A DNA stretch of 64,000 nt from Thermodesulfobacteriota bacterium (GTDB taxonomy: Bacteria; Desulfobacterota_D; UBA1144; Nemesobacterales; Nemesobacteraceae): assembly GCA_965229995.1 (NCBI GenBank), contig OZ245933.1, positions 16,792 through 80,791 of the forward strand. Reading direction: 5' to 3'. Position numbers and translations under genes: made by a program. The first letter of the stretch is position 1. Every line of letters starts with the position of its first letter. This document shows, in pieces, positions 40,680 through 49,495 of this stretch. The notes beneath the pieces were generated by a model. The model had not been told where the DNA came from. It was given only the letters and a program-made list of their open reading frames with translations, and did no database searches.

Positions 40680-41066
40680 ATGAACCAGACAAAACTTCAG
40701 GGATTTACCGATTATACCTCCTTATCCCTTGCGGGCATCTGCGCCATTCACTGTTTTCTAACGCCGGTGGCGCTCATATTATTCCCGGTCGTGGGGTCGA
40801 CGTTTTTTTCTGAAGAGATTTTTCACGAGCTGATGCTTCTGCTGGTTGTTCCCGCAAGCGTCATCGCCATATTTCTCGGCTGCAGACGCCATAAGGATTT
40901 CTCCGTGATCACGCTCGGGATATTGGGACTTTCTTTTCTTCTGGCAGGAGCCTTCGCGGCTACGGGCTACGAAGATTCGATCCTTACTCTTATCGGCGCT
41001 TTCATAATGGTTTTGGGTCATCTGCGTAATTTCAGGCTCTGCAGAAAAGACGGCTGCGAGCACTGA
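40680..41066 (+). CDS. Small integral membrane protein (about 4 TM; MerC-like/unknown), downstream of the fur-family gene
   Basis: The track ORF from 40491 overlaps fur. Proposed start is the ATG at 40680 (MNQTKLQGF...). Hydrophobic helices with Cys/His residues (AIHCFLTP, CRRH, GHLRNFRLCRKDGCEH) are suggestive of metal handling. Confidence 0.4.
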   Translation: MNQTKLQGFTDYTSLSLAGICAIHCFLTPVALILFPVVGSTFFSEEIFHELMLLLVVPASVIAIFLGCRRHKDFSVITLGILGLSFLLAGAFAATGYEDSILTLIGAFIMVLGHLRNFRLCRKDGCEH

Positions 41067-41183
41067 GCCCCCCATACCCTTTTTTGAATATCTGACCGCA
41101 AGTTGGCGGCATTAAAGGACAGAACTTGATTGCATGCAGCGGATTTCTCGCTGAGATAAAATGAAAGAAATTTTAAAATTTTC

Positions 41184-41212
41184 TTGAAAACAGTTTTTTT
41201 TAATGGATAATA
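41184..41212 (+). promoter_or_regulatory. Putative promoter TTGAAA-N17-ATAATA for rpmG-rpmB
   Basis: TTGAAA at 41184-41189, a 17-nt spacer, ATAATA at 41207-41212, about 25 nt upstream of the rpmG start. Confidence 0.35.
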
Positions 41213-41237
41213 ACGGTTTACTTTTTAGAGGGTTAAA

Positions 41238-41399
41238 ATGGGAAAGTCACTAAACAGAGTACTTGTGAAGATGAAAAGCACCGAGAGTCCTTTCATCTAT
41301 TACACGAAGAAAAACAAGATGAATAGTCCCGACCGTCTTGAACTGAAAAAGTATGATCCGGTGATAAGAAAGCATGTCGTTTTCAAGGAGACCAAGTAG
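41238..41399 (+). CDS. rpmG: 50S ribosomal protein L33
   Basis: Hand translation gives [53 protein letters not shown] (53 aa). It matches the L33 core YTTKKNKRNTPD+LELKK+DPV+R+HV++KE+K. Missing from the ORF track because it is under 60 aa. Confidence 0.88.
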   Translation: MGKSLNRVLVKMKSTESPFIYYTKKNKMNSPDRLELKKYDPVIRKHVVFKETK

Positions 41400-41414
41400 T
41401 CAAAGGAGATTCCG

Positions 41415-41657
41415 ATGGCCCGCCGTTGCGCAATAACAGGGAAAAAACCCCTTTTCGGAAACAGCGTTTCCCACGCAAACAACCACGTTAAAAGGCGTCA
41501 GAATCCGAACCTGCACTGGAAAAGAATATATGTTCCGGAGATAGACAGGTTCGTGAGGATAAAAATTTCCGCCCGCGCGCTCAGAACGATCACCAGAAAA
41601 GGTCTTATGCCTTACCTAAGGGACGAAGGTCTTACCCTAAGGGACATAACTCGCTGA
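41415..41657 (+). CDS. rpmB: 50S ribosomal protein L28
   Basis: MARRCAITGKKPLFGNSVSHANNHVKRRQNPNLHWKRIYVPE... is the canonical L28 N-terminus. 80 aa. Confidence 0.9.
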   Translation: MARRCAITGKKPLFGNSVSHANNHVKRRQNPNLHWKRIYVPEIDRFVRIKISARALRTITRKGLMPYLRDEGLTLRDITR

Positions 41658-41664
41658 TCCCTCA

Positions 41665-42552
41665 CTAGTTTATCAGATACGAAATAACGAACGGAAGCAC
41701 CAAAAGGGAGACTACCGTTCCGGCCACTATTATTGACGCTACAGTCTGAGAGTCCCTTCCGTATTTTTCCGCGAGCACGAAGTTAAAAACCGCGGGTGGC
41801 ATTGAGCACTCGAGAATAACCACTTTCGCCTCGATTCCCTTCAAACCGAACATGTTTACGAACAGCGCTCCCAGGAAGATTCCAAGAAATATCCTGGCGG
41901 AGCCGAAGAGAAATGAAAGCCAAAGCTTCGAGAGCTTCATTTCAGAGAGCTTGTATCCGAGCGAGAAAAGCATCGCGGGTATCGTAATCTCCCCTAGAAG
42001 GGCTACCGGTCTCTCAATAACCACCGGCATATCAACGCCGACATAGTTGATGATTATTCCTGCCACAGTGGCGTATATCAGAGGGAGCTTGAAGATCTCG
42101 CGCAGGTCTTTTCCAGAACCGAGAATCAGGATTCCCACCGTGTAGTGAAGCAGCATGGTCGAAACGACGCAGAGTATCGCGATGTTAAACCCGTACTGTC
42201 CGAATGCGAAAAGACAGAGGGGAAGACCTAGATTTCCGGTGTTTGCGAAAACCACGGGGGGCAGATATACCCTAGAGTCAAGCCTGAAAGCCCTCACAAG
42301 CGCCCCGCCGATTATGATGGTAACGAAAATGACTGCCGATATCGAAAGAAACAGCCTCGCCGTTACAGACGGGTCCATGGTAAAATCGGAAAGGGACGAG
42401 ATTATTAGACACGGCATGGTCACGTAAACCACAAGATCGTTGATTGAAGAGATGTCTATTTTTCTCGTCCTGCTGAAAAGAAAACCTGCGGCGATTACAA
42501 GAAACGCTGGCAGGACGATATTTGCAAACTGCGGGATTGAGGAAAGAGTCAT
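41665..42552 (-). CDS. AEC (auxin efflux carrier) family transporter
   Basis: 295 aa, about 8-10 TM helices. Typical AEC-family N-terminus (IVLPAFLVIAAGFLFSR...). Confidence 0.7.
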   Translation of the reverse strand: MTLSSIPQFANIVLPAFLVIAAGFLFSRTRKIDISSINDLVVYVTMPCLIISSLSDFTMDPSVTARLFLSISAVIFVTIIIGGALVRAFRLDSRVYLPPVVFANTGNLGLPLCLFAFGQYGFNIAILCVVSTMLLHYTVGILILGSGKDLREIFKLPLIYATVAGIIINYVGVDMPVVIERPVALLGEITIPAMLFSLGYKLSEMKLSKLWLSFLFGSARIFLGIFLGALFVNMFGLKGIEAKVVILECSMPPAVFNFVLAEKYGRDSQTVASIIVAGTVVSLLVLPFVISYLIN

Positions 42553-42622
42553 ATTCTGTGTTTTTTCGTGGAGAAAAAGAGTTACGTCTTGGGTAAACGG
42601 GGTGCGGAGTCGGTGAAGGTCT

Positions 42623-43600
42623 TCAGAGTCTTACCACTGAAGCTCCCCAGGTGAAACCGGCTCCGAAAGCAGCGAACAGCACCAGATCCCCCTCTTTTAC
42701 CCTTTCTTGGCGAATTGCCTCGTCAAGGGCCAGCGGAACTGAAGCCCCGGAGGTGTTTCCGTATTTGTCTAGGTTTACAAACACTTTTTCTTCCGGGAAA
42801 TTCAGCCTTTTTCTTACGGCTTCCAGAATTCTTTGGTTTGCTTGGTGAGGAATGAAAAGATCAATATCTTCGGGCTCAAGGTCGGCTTCTTTAATGGCGT
42901 TTATGGTTGCCGACTCCATGCTCTTGACGGCGACTTTGAACACGTCGTTTCCCTTCATCTTTATGTATTGATCTCTGGTTTTAAGCGTCTGTTCGTTGAT
43001 TGGCGTCCTTGAACCTCCTGCCGGAACATAGAGAAGATCCCAGTCTCTTCCGTCTGAGCTGAGAAGGGATGAAAGAATCCCAGGTTCTTCTGAAGCCGAA
43101 AGAACGGCAGCTCCCGCACCGTCGCCGAAAAGTATGCAGGTTGAACGATCCTCGAAATCAGTGACCTTTGAGAGAGTATCAACCCCTATCGCGAGAATTT
43201 TCTCCGCGCCGCCTGACTTTATTATTCCCTGGGCTACGTGAAGCGCGTAAAGAAACCCGGAACAGCCGGCCATAAGATCAAAAGCGTAGGCGTTGGTTGC
43301 TCCCAGAAGGCTCTGTACCACGCAGCCTGTTGAAGGAAAAAGGAAATCGGGGGTAATGGTTCCGACTATGATTACGTCAAGCTGCTGTGGGCTTACTCCG
43401 GCAGCCTTGAGGGCTTTCTCGGCGGCTTCATAAGCGATATCAGAAGAAGCGGTATTCTCATCCGCAATCCTGCGTTCCTTTATTCCTGTTCTGGACGTAA
43501 TCCACTCGTCGGAAGTCTCGACCATCTTTTCCAGATCGGAATTGGAAAGTATGGTGTCGGGAACCGAAGAACCGGTTCCTATAATTTTTACGTACTTCAA
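42623..43600 (-). CDS. fabH: 3-oxoacyl-[ACP] synthase III (KAS III)
   Basis: 325 aa. Active-site Cys in AFDLMAGCSGFLYAL and C-terminal His/Asn motifs (HQANQRI, GNTSGASV). Not embedded in a plsX-fabH-fabD-fabG-acpP cluster. Confidence 0.85.
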   Translation of the reverse strand: MKYVKIIGTGSSVPDTILSNSDLEKMVETSDEWITSRTGIKERRIADENTASSDIAYEAAEKALKAAGVSPQQLDVIIVGTITPDFLFPSTGCVVQSLLGATNAYAFDLMAGCSGFLYALHVAQGIIKSGGAEKILAIGVDTLSKVTDFEDRSTCILFGDGAGAAVLSASEEPGILSSLLSSDGRDWDLLYVPAGGSRTPINEQTLKTRDQYIKMKGNDVFKVAVKSMESATINAIKEADLEPEDIDLFIPHQANQRILEAVRKRLNFPEEKVFVNLDKYGNTSGASVPLALDEAIRQERVKEGDLVLFAAFGAGFTWGASVVRL

Positions 43601-43660
43601 TTTGGAATCTCTCTCTGAAGCGATTAGCGCAATAATAGTTTAAAGGCTTGATTTTGTCAA

Positions 43661-44113
43661 TCAATCAGCGATTTCGCAAACGATGTTTTTCAGCGGTTCC
43701 ATCTCTGCCGTGGTCATCTCCACCGTGATCGCATGGTGCGTCTCGTCGCAGAGAAAAATGAGGGAATACTTGCCTGATTTTGCCAGGGTGGCGAGAAAAA
43801 AAGTTTCCTCCGAGGACTCAGTGAGAAAGAAATACTCGTATTTAAGCCTGAGATTTTTACCCGTCGTTATCCTTATCTCCATGGCGACCGAGGGGAACTC
43901 CTCCTTCTCCACCGTGAAAAAACGCGTTGATATTTTCTTGGTATCGGCAATCGCCGCGACTTTTCCCGGATCCTCCTTGAAAATCATCACGCATCCTTCG
44001 TCCGTTGCGTGCGACACGCATCCGTAGCGGATTTGTGAGAGCGCTATTTGCAGTTCCATATCCTGCTCAAGCGCTTCGTACGCTATATGAGGTGCGGAAA
44101 ATATTCTTGACAT
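43661..44113 (-). CDS. Hypothetical protein
   Basis: 150-aa intact ORF co-directional with and upstream of fabH. No motif I can assign. Confidence 0.3.
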   Translation of the reverse strand: MSRIFSAPHIAYEALEQDMELQIALSQIRYGCVSHATDEGCVMIFKEDPGKVAAIADTKKISTRFFTVEKEEFPSVAMEIRITTGKNLRLKYEYFFLTESSEETFFLATLAKSGKYSLIFLCDETHHAITVEMTTAEMEPLKNIVCEIAD

Positions 44114-44224
44114 ATCGCTCAGTCAATCAGTATGATTAGAACTAGGATTCAGGTGCTTGCGGACTTTCAGGTTCGTGGTCCTGGCATAGTAGTATAAAGA
44201 GTATCAGGAGGATAGATAGATTTT

Positions 44225-44479
44225 ATGACAATGCAAGGTAATGAGTTAGTACTGTTAGCTATCGTAATTCTTGTCATAGGGATATTCCTTATGTTAAACG
44301 AAGGAGGAGGGCAGCAGGCTTCCGAATCACCCGCTCCGCCTGAACCCCAGGAGTCCCAGAGCGATGCGGATCCTTTTCAGTCTGCGCAGCCGACGCCACA
44401 GCAGGCGAGTGCGGAGGCTCCTTCAGATTCCGGTGCTGCCTTGAGTGATGAGCAGGGTGCTTTTCAGGCTCCGTCCTAA
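44225..44479 (+). CDS. Small membrane-anchored Pro/Gln/Glu/Ser-rich repeat protein
   Basis: N-terminal TM helix (LVLLAIVILVIGIFLML), then a low-complexity region with a DPFQSA repeat and a C-terminal ...APSDSGAALSDEQGAFQAPS. Paralogue of the 44613 ORF. Confidence 0.4.
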   Translation: MTMQGNELVLLAIVILVIGIFLMLNEGGGQQASESPAPPEPQESQSDADPFQSAQPTPQQASAEAPSDSGAALSDEQGAFQAPS

Positions 44480-44938
44480 CCGAGAAAAGTCTGCAGGTAG
44501 AAATGATTTTTCACGTTTAGAACCGAGTTGTCCTTTGGTCGTTACGTGAATATATCAGGGTGGGTTACGCTCCGCTAGCAGTTGAGTATTTTTAATAGTA
44601 GGAGTGTTTTTTATGTCAAATGAAAGAGGAGATGTAAATCCTTTTCAGTCTGCGGTAGTGCCTGCAAGTACCGAACCACCCGCTCCGCTTGAAACTCAAG
44701 AGCCCCAAAGCGATGTGGATCCTTTTCGGTCCGCGGTAGCGCCCGCAAGTGCAGAGGCTCCTTCAGATTCCGGTGATGCCTCGGGTGATGAGCAGGGTGC
44801 TTTTCAGGCTCCGTCCTAACCGAGAAAAGTCTGCAGGTAGAAATGATTTTTCACGTTTAGAACCGAGTCCTTCCTCGGGCGTTGTGTGAATATATCGGAG
44901 TGGATTACACCCGCCAGCAGTTCAATCCCGTCAACGAC
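44328..44938. repeat. Tandem duplication (~260-bp unit, 350-bp period, 2 copies)
   Basis: 44328-44588 and 44678-44938 align base by base. They contain a 58-bp identical stretch (CCGTCCTAACCGAGAAAAGTCTGCAGGTAGAAATGATTTTTCACGTTTAGAACCGAGT) flanked by highly similar sequence. Confidence 0.8.
44613..44819 (+). CDS. Small Pro/Gln/Glu/Ser-rich repeat protein (paralogue, lacks the TM anchor)
   Basis: ATG at 44613 preceded by a TAGGAG RBS. Contains NPFQSA and DPFRSA repeats. The C-terminus ...APSDSGDASGDEQGAFQAPS is nearly identical to that of 44225-44479. Confidence 0.4.
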   Translation: MSNERGDVNPFQSAVVPASTEPPAPLETQEPQSDVDPFRSAVAPASAEAPSDSGDASGDEQGAFQAPS

Positions 44939-45766
44939 TCTGGGAGATGACCTGCTGAAATAGGAATTGGCGTCCACTATGTAGCAGTGCCCTTTTTGTA
45001 CCGCGCGCAGCGTGTGCCATTGTCTTACCCCGCCGGTCAATTCCTCTATTCCGTCAAGCGTTTTTTCTACATCGAACCCGCAGGGCATTATGATCAGGTA
45101 GTCCGGGGAAGACTCTAGTATCTCATCCCAGCTTGTCTTAAACGAAGGTTCTCCCGTCCTTGAGATCAGCGGTTCTCCTCCAGCTGTCTTTACCATTTCA
45201 GGCACCCAGTGCCCGGCAGCGTAAGGAGGGTCGAGCCACTCAAGACAGAAAACCCCTGGGCGGTATCTTTCACCCGAAAGCTTTTTCTCGACGGTTTCGA
45301 TTCTTTTGCGAAGGTCATCTACGAGTTGCGAAGCCTTCTCTTTTGTCCGAGTGACTTCTCCCAGAAGCACTATGGAATCCAGAATTTCCCCGATTGTGGT
45401 AGGGTTTAGGGACAGTATTTCGGGACTGTTTTCAAGAACCTCGCAGACTTCCGTCACTTCGTTCTCGGATACCGCGCAGACATTGCAAAGACCCTGAGTT
45501 ATGATAAGATCCGGTTTTATCTCACTTAGGCGCTCCGAGTCGATCAGGTAGACGCTTTTTCCCTCCGAGCGGTTGCGGTTTACAAGTTCGTCTATGCGTG
45601 CGCTTGAGAGTTTCCCCTTTCCTTCGAGAATGCTTTTTACGACCACGGGTTTATCACGCGCCTGCGGCGGGTAATCGCATTCGTGGGTTACTCCGACTAG
45701 GTTCTCCTCAAGTCCGAGGGCGAATATTATCTCGGTTGAGCTTGGAAGAAGCGAACATATCCTCAT
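44816..45766 (-). CDS. TroA-like/BtuF-like periplasmic-binding-fold protein (Peripla_BP_2; cobalamin or Fe-siderophore type), no obvious signal peptide
   Basis: N-terminus RICSLLPSSTEIIFALGL..LVGVTHECDYP and overall type III PBP composition. 316 aa. The last ~17 codons (DSVLNVKNHFYLQTFLG) are read out of copy 2 of the tandem repeat. Confidence 0.55.
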   Translation of the reverse strand: MRICSLLPSSTEIIFALGLEENLVGVTHECDYPPQARDKPVVVKSILEGKGKLSSARIDELVNRNRSEGKSVYLIDSERLSEIKPDLIITQGLCNVCAVSENEVTEVCEVLENSPEILSLNPTTIGEILDSIVLLGEVTRTKEKASQLVDDLRKRIETVEKKLSGERYRPGVFCLEWLDPPYAAGHWVPEMVKTAGGEPLISRTGEPSFKTSWDEILESSPDYLIIMPCGFDVEKTLDGIEELTGGVRQWHTLRAVQKGHCYIVDANSYFSRSSPRVVDGIELLAGVIHSDIFTQRPRKDSVLNVKNHFYLQTFLG

Positions 45767-45855
45767 GACCTTTATTATACAATCCGCGGGGGAGAATCCC
45801 CAAGCCGTACCCGCGAATTTCTTTTTTTACCGCTTCGGCGTGTAAAATAGTCTTC

Positions 45856-47865
45856 GTGAAGATCGTAACAAGATTCGCTCCCAGCCCCACGGGCGCTCTT
45901 CATGTGGGAGCGGCCCGCACCGCTATTTTCAACTGGCTTTTTTCCGCGAGCCTTGGCGGAGATTTTCTGCTCAGGATTGAGGATACCGACCGCGCGCGCT
46001 CCGAGGAGAAATTCGAACGGCAGATCATCGAATCGCTCAAGTGGCTCGGACTTCAGTGGCAGGGGGGAATCGTCCGCCAGTCAGAGCGGCTGGACACTTA
46101 CGGGCGGCTTGCGGAGCGGCTTATTGACGAGGAAAAAGCATACAGATGCTATGTTACCGCCAAAGAACTCGGGCGGAAGAGAGAAGAGGCCAGGGGGAAA
46201 GGGGAGGTTTTTAGATACAAGAGGGAGTGGTCGCAGCTGGGTGCCGCCCCCGGAAAGCCTTACGCCGTAAGGTTTTCGGTATCCCCAGGGGAAAAGATCT
46301 CCGTTGAGGACCTGGTCCGCGGCGGGATAGTTTTTGATTCCTCGGAAATAGAAGACTTCGTGATACTGAAAGCCGACGGGTTTCCGACCTATAATTTTGC
46401 CGCGGCGGTTGATGATGCGCAGATGGAAATATCTCACGTCATAAGGGGTGATGACCACATAATAAACGCCCCGAGGCAGATACTGATAGCCGATGCTCTC
46501 GGCTTGGCGAAGCCGCAGCTTGCCCATGTTCCGATGATACTCGGCGCGGACGGAAAAAAACTTTCCAAGCGCCATGGCGCAGAATCCGTCACTGAGTACC
46601 TCCTGGGGGGATATCTTCCCGAGGCGGTTCTTAACTATCTCGTGAGACTTGGGTGGTCTTTCGGGGACCAGGAGATTTTTACAAGAGAGGAACTCGTTGG
46701 AAAATTCAGCCTCAAGGGCATCGGAAAATCCCCATCTGTGTTTGATTCCCAGAAATTCCTCTGGCTTAACGGAAAATACTTAAGGGATCTGCCCGAGGAG
46801 CGGATATCTGAGGAAGTAGTCCATCTTATCAGACAAAAGGAACTTCCTGAGCAGCCTCCCGCACGGCTTCGCAAAATAATCGCGCAGATGCGCGAGCGGT
46901 CAGAGACTCTAAACGGAATCGTGGAGCAGTCCCTTTACTTCTTCACCGATGATTTTGAATACGATGAAAAGGCGGCGGAGAAATTCCTGGTGGAGCAAAG
47001 CGGCGAGATTTTCAAGCTTCTGGCAGAGGAGCTTTCCCGTGTCGAGGATTTTTCCCATGATAGTATTCACAGGGGTTTTGAGCGCGTGATGGAACACACG
47101 GGTCTTGGGCTCGGGAAAATAGCCCAGCCAGTGAGAGTCGCGCTTACCGGCTCGACGAAGAGTCCCGGAATCTTTGATGTTGTCGAGATACTCGGCAAAG
47201 ACACCGTCGCGCGGCGCCTAACTAGGGCGATTGACTTTATACAAGTCCCGGAATGCCTGAAGATGAAAATATACGGGCTTACAGGAAACATAGGCTCAGG
47301 TAAGTCAACGGTGGCGCGGATGCTGCGCGAACTCGGGGCGTTCACCGTGGACGCGGACGAAGTGGCGAGGGAAATCGTACGGCCCGGTGAGCCTGCGCTT
47401 GCGGAAATCGTTACCTGCTTCGGCCGGGAGGTTCTCCATGCGGACGGGACGCTTGACCGCGGTGCCCTCGCCAAAATAGTGTTTGCAAGCGAGGGGGACC
47501 GCGAGCAACTCAACCGGATAACCCATCCGAGGATTCTTGAGAGGATAAAAGAGAAGATATCTGGCCGGAGCGATGAGCGCATGGTGTTTGTTGAGGCGTC
47601 TCTTATAGATCGAGAGAAAGGCGGTCTTAATGACCTGATCGACGGACTGGTTGTAGTTACGTGTCCCGGGGAACTGAGGGAACGCAGGGTGGTGGCCCGC
47701 GACTCCATGTCGCCCGAGGAAACCCGCCGTCGCATGGACTCACAGGTGTCCGAAGCGGAAAAGGCGTCTCAGGCCAATTTTCTGATAAAAAACTCCTCAG
47801 ACATGCGTAGTTTGCGCGCCCGGGTGCACATTCTGTTCGAGTCTCTTTGCGCCCTGGAGTCTTGA
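45856..47865 (+). CDS. gltX: Glutamate--tRNA ligase fused in frame to dephospho-CoA kinase (GltX-CoaE)
   Basis: Residues 1-~465: class I aaRS HIGH-type motif (PSPTGALHVGAARTA) and the KMSKS-type motif (KLSKRHGA), i.e. a full-length GluRS. Residues 470-669 start MKIYGLTGNIGSGKSTVA (CoaE P-loop) and continue as a complete dephospho-CoA kinase. There is no in-frame stop between the two parts. The junction Met is at nt 47263. Confidence 0.8.
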   Translation: MKIVTRFAPSPTGALHVGAARTAIFNWLFSASLGGDFLLRIEDTDRARSEEKFERQIIESLKWLGLQWQGGIVRQSERLDTYGRLAERLIDEEKAYRCYVTAKELGRKREEARGKGEVFRYKREWSQLGAAPGKPYAVRFSVSPGEKISVEDLVRGGIVFDSSEIEDFVILKADGFPTYNFAAAVDDAQMEISHVIRGDDHIINAPRQILIADALGLAKPQLAHVPMILGADGKKLSKRHGAESVTEYLLGGYLPEAVLNYLVRLGWSFGDQEIFTREELVGKFSLKGIGKSPSVFDSQKFLWLNGKYLRDLPEERISEEVVHLIRQKELPEQPPARLRKIIAQMRERSETLNGIVEQSLYFFTDDFEYDEKAAEKFLVEQSGEIFKLLAEELSRVEDFSHDSIHRGFERVMEHTGLGLGKIAQPVRVALTGSTKSPGIFDVVEILGKDTVARRLTRAIDFIQVPECLKMKIYGLTGNIGSGKSTVARMLRELGAFTVDADEVAREIVRPGEPALAEIVTCFGREVLHADGTLDRGALAKIVFASEGDREQLNRITHPRILERIKEKISGRSDERMVFVEASLIDREKGGLNDLIDGLVVVTCPGELRERRVVARDSMSPEETRRRMDSQVSEAEKASQANFLIKNSSDMRSLRARVHILFESLCALES

Positions 47866-47913
47866 AACGGTGTTTCTGCGTGTTATGATTGACTGATTCG
47901 TTTTTAGCTGGGA

Positions 47914-49479
47914 GTGGGTCTGGAGCGTATCCAAATGAAAGAAAAAGTCAGAATTCTTGAAGATAAGGAAAAAGAGGCAAGCCTAGGCGGCGGCGAAGCC
48001 AGAATCAAAAGACAGCACGATTCCGGCAAGCACACAGCCCGCGAGCGAATAGTCGAGCTTCTTGACAGAGATACTTTTGTCGAGTTCGACAAGTTTGTCC
48101 TGCACGGCTGCACCGATTTCGGCATGGATAAAAAGAAAATCCTCGGCGACGGCGTGGTTACGGGCTACGGAAAGATTGAAGGGCGCCAAGTATTTGTCTA
48201 CGCACAGGACTTCACGGTTTTCGGCGGTTCTCTGGGTCTTGAGCAGGGAAAAAAGATATGCAAGATAATGGATCTAGCCCTCTCAACAGGGGCGCCTATC
48301 ATAGGGCTTAACGACTCCGGCGGGGCTAGAATTCAGGAAGGAGTCAAAAGTCTCGGCGCTTACGGAGAGATATTTCTTCGAAATGTGATCTCCTCGGGAG
48401 TCATCCCGCAGATATCCGCAATCATGGGTCCGTGCGCCGGAGGGGCGGTTTACTCCCCCGTAATGAACGATTTCACGATCATGTCAAAGAACACAAGCTA
48501 TATGTTCGTGACGGGTCCCGATGTAATAAAGACCGTTACCCATGAAGAGGTGTCCTCAGAAGAGCTTGGCGGCGCCATGGTTCACAATTCCGTAAGCGGC
48601 GTCGCGCATTTTGCCTCGGAGGATGACAGTGACTCGATAGAGATAATAAAGGAACTCATCAGTTTCCTTCCTTCAAACAACATGGAGGATCCGCCGGTGA
48701 TTCCGTGCGATGATCCCGCGGACAGAAAAGAGATGAATCTTCGCGAGCTTATCCCCGATAACCCCAACAAGCCCTACGATATACTGGATGTGGTGAGACC
48801 CATAGTAGATAATTCGTATTTCTTCGAGGTGCAGGAGCATTACGCGAAAAACATAGTTATAGGGTTTGCGAGGATGAACGGACAGCCGGTCGGTATCGTG
48901 GGGAACCAGCCCAAGGTGCTGGCGGGGTGTCTTGACATAGACGCCTCGGTTAAGGGAGCTAGGTTCGTAAGATTCTGCGACGCTTTCAATATCCCCCTTC
49001 TTACTTTTGTCGACGTGCCGGGTTTTCTTCCGGGAACCTCACAGGAATGGGGAGGGATCATCCGACACGGCGCAAAGCTGCTTTACGCATACTGCGAGGC
49101 CACGGTTCCTAGAATTACGGTGATAACCAGAAAGGCTTACGGAGGGGCTTACGACGTCATGTCCTCAAAGCACATAAGAGGGGACGTGAACCTTGCCTAT
49201 CCCACAGCTGAAATCGCGGTCATGGGACCCGACGGAGCGGTGAACATAATTTCCCGCGGGGAAATAGCGACCGCGGACGATCCCGATGCCGAAAGAATCA
49301 GGCTCATTGAGGAGTACAAAAAGAATTTCGCAAATCCGTATCGCGCTGCGAGCCTGGGTTACATAGATGAAGTTATAAAACCCGAGGACACGAGACACAG
49401 AGTGATAGCGGCGCTTGAGATGCTCGGCGGAAAAAGACAGACGCTTCCGCCAAAAAAACACGGGAATATTCCCCTCTGA
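47914..49479 (+). CDS. Acyl-CoA carboxylase carboxyltransferase subunit (propionyl-CoA carboxylase beta / methylmalonyl-CoA decarboxylase alpha family)
   Basis: 521 aa with two crotonase-like CT half-domains (GGARIQEG; the second half has [10 protein letters not shown]). Typical PccB/MmdA/AccD5 family. Confidence 0.85.
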   Translation: MGLERIQMKEKVRILEDKEKEASLGGGEARIKRQHDSGKHTARERIVELLDRDTFVEFDKFVLHGCTDFGMDKKKILGDGVVTGYGKIEGRQVFVYAQDFTVFGGSLGLEQGKKICKIMDLALSTGAPIIGLNDSGGARIQEGVKSLGAYGEIFLRNVISSGVIPQISAIMGPCAGGAVYSPVMNDFTIMSKNTSYMFVTGPDVIKTVTHEEVSSEELGGAMVHNSVSGVAHFASEDDSDSIEIIKELISFLPSNNMEDPPVIPCDDPADRKEMNLRELIPDNPNKPYDILDVVRPIVDNSYFFEVQEHYAKNIVIGFARMNGQPVGIVGNQPKVLAGCLDIDASVKGARFVRFCDAFNIPLLTFVDVPGFLPGTSQEWGGIIRHGAKLLYAYCEATVPRITVITRKAYGGAYDVMSSKHIRGDVNLAYPTAEIAVMGPDGAVNIISRGEIATADDPDAERIRLIEEYKKNFANPYRAASLGYIDEVIKPEDTRHRVIAALEMLGGKRQTLPPKKHGNIPL

Positions 49480-49495
49480 GCGACCGGGTAAAAAG

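Noticed and set aside
47067-47735. 222-aa ORF antisense to the gltX-coaE gene.
   Set aside because: Ser/Arg/Pro-rich, no motifs, fully inside a strongly supported CDS.
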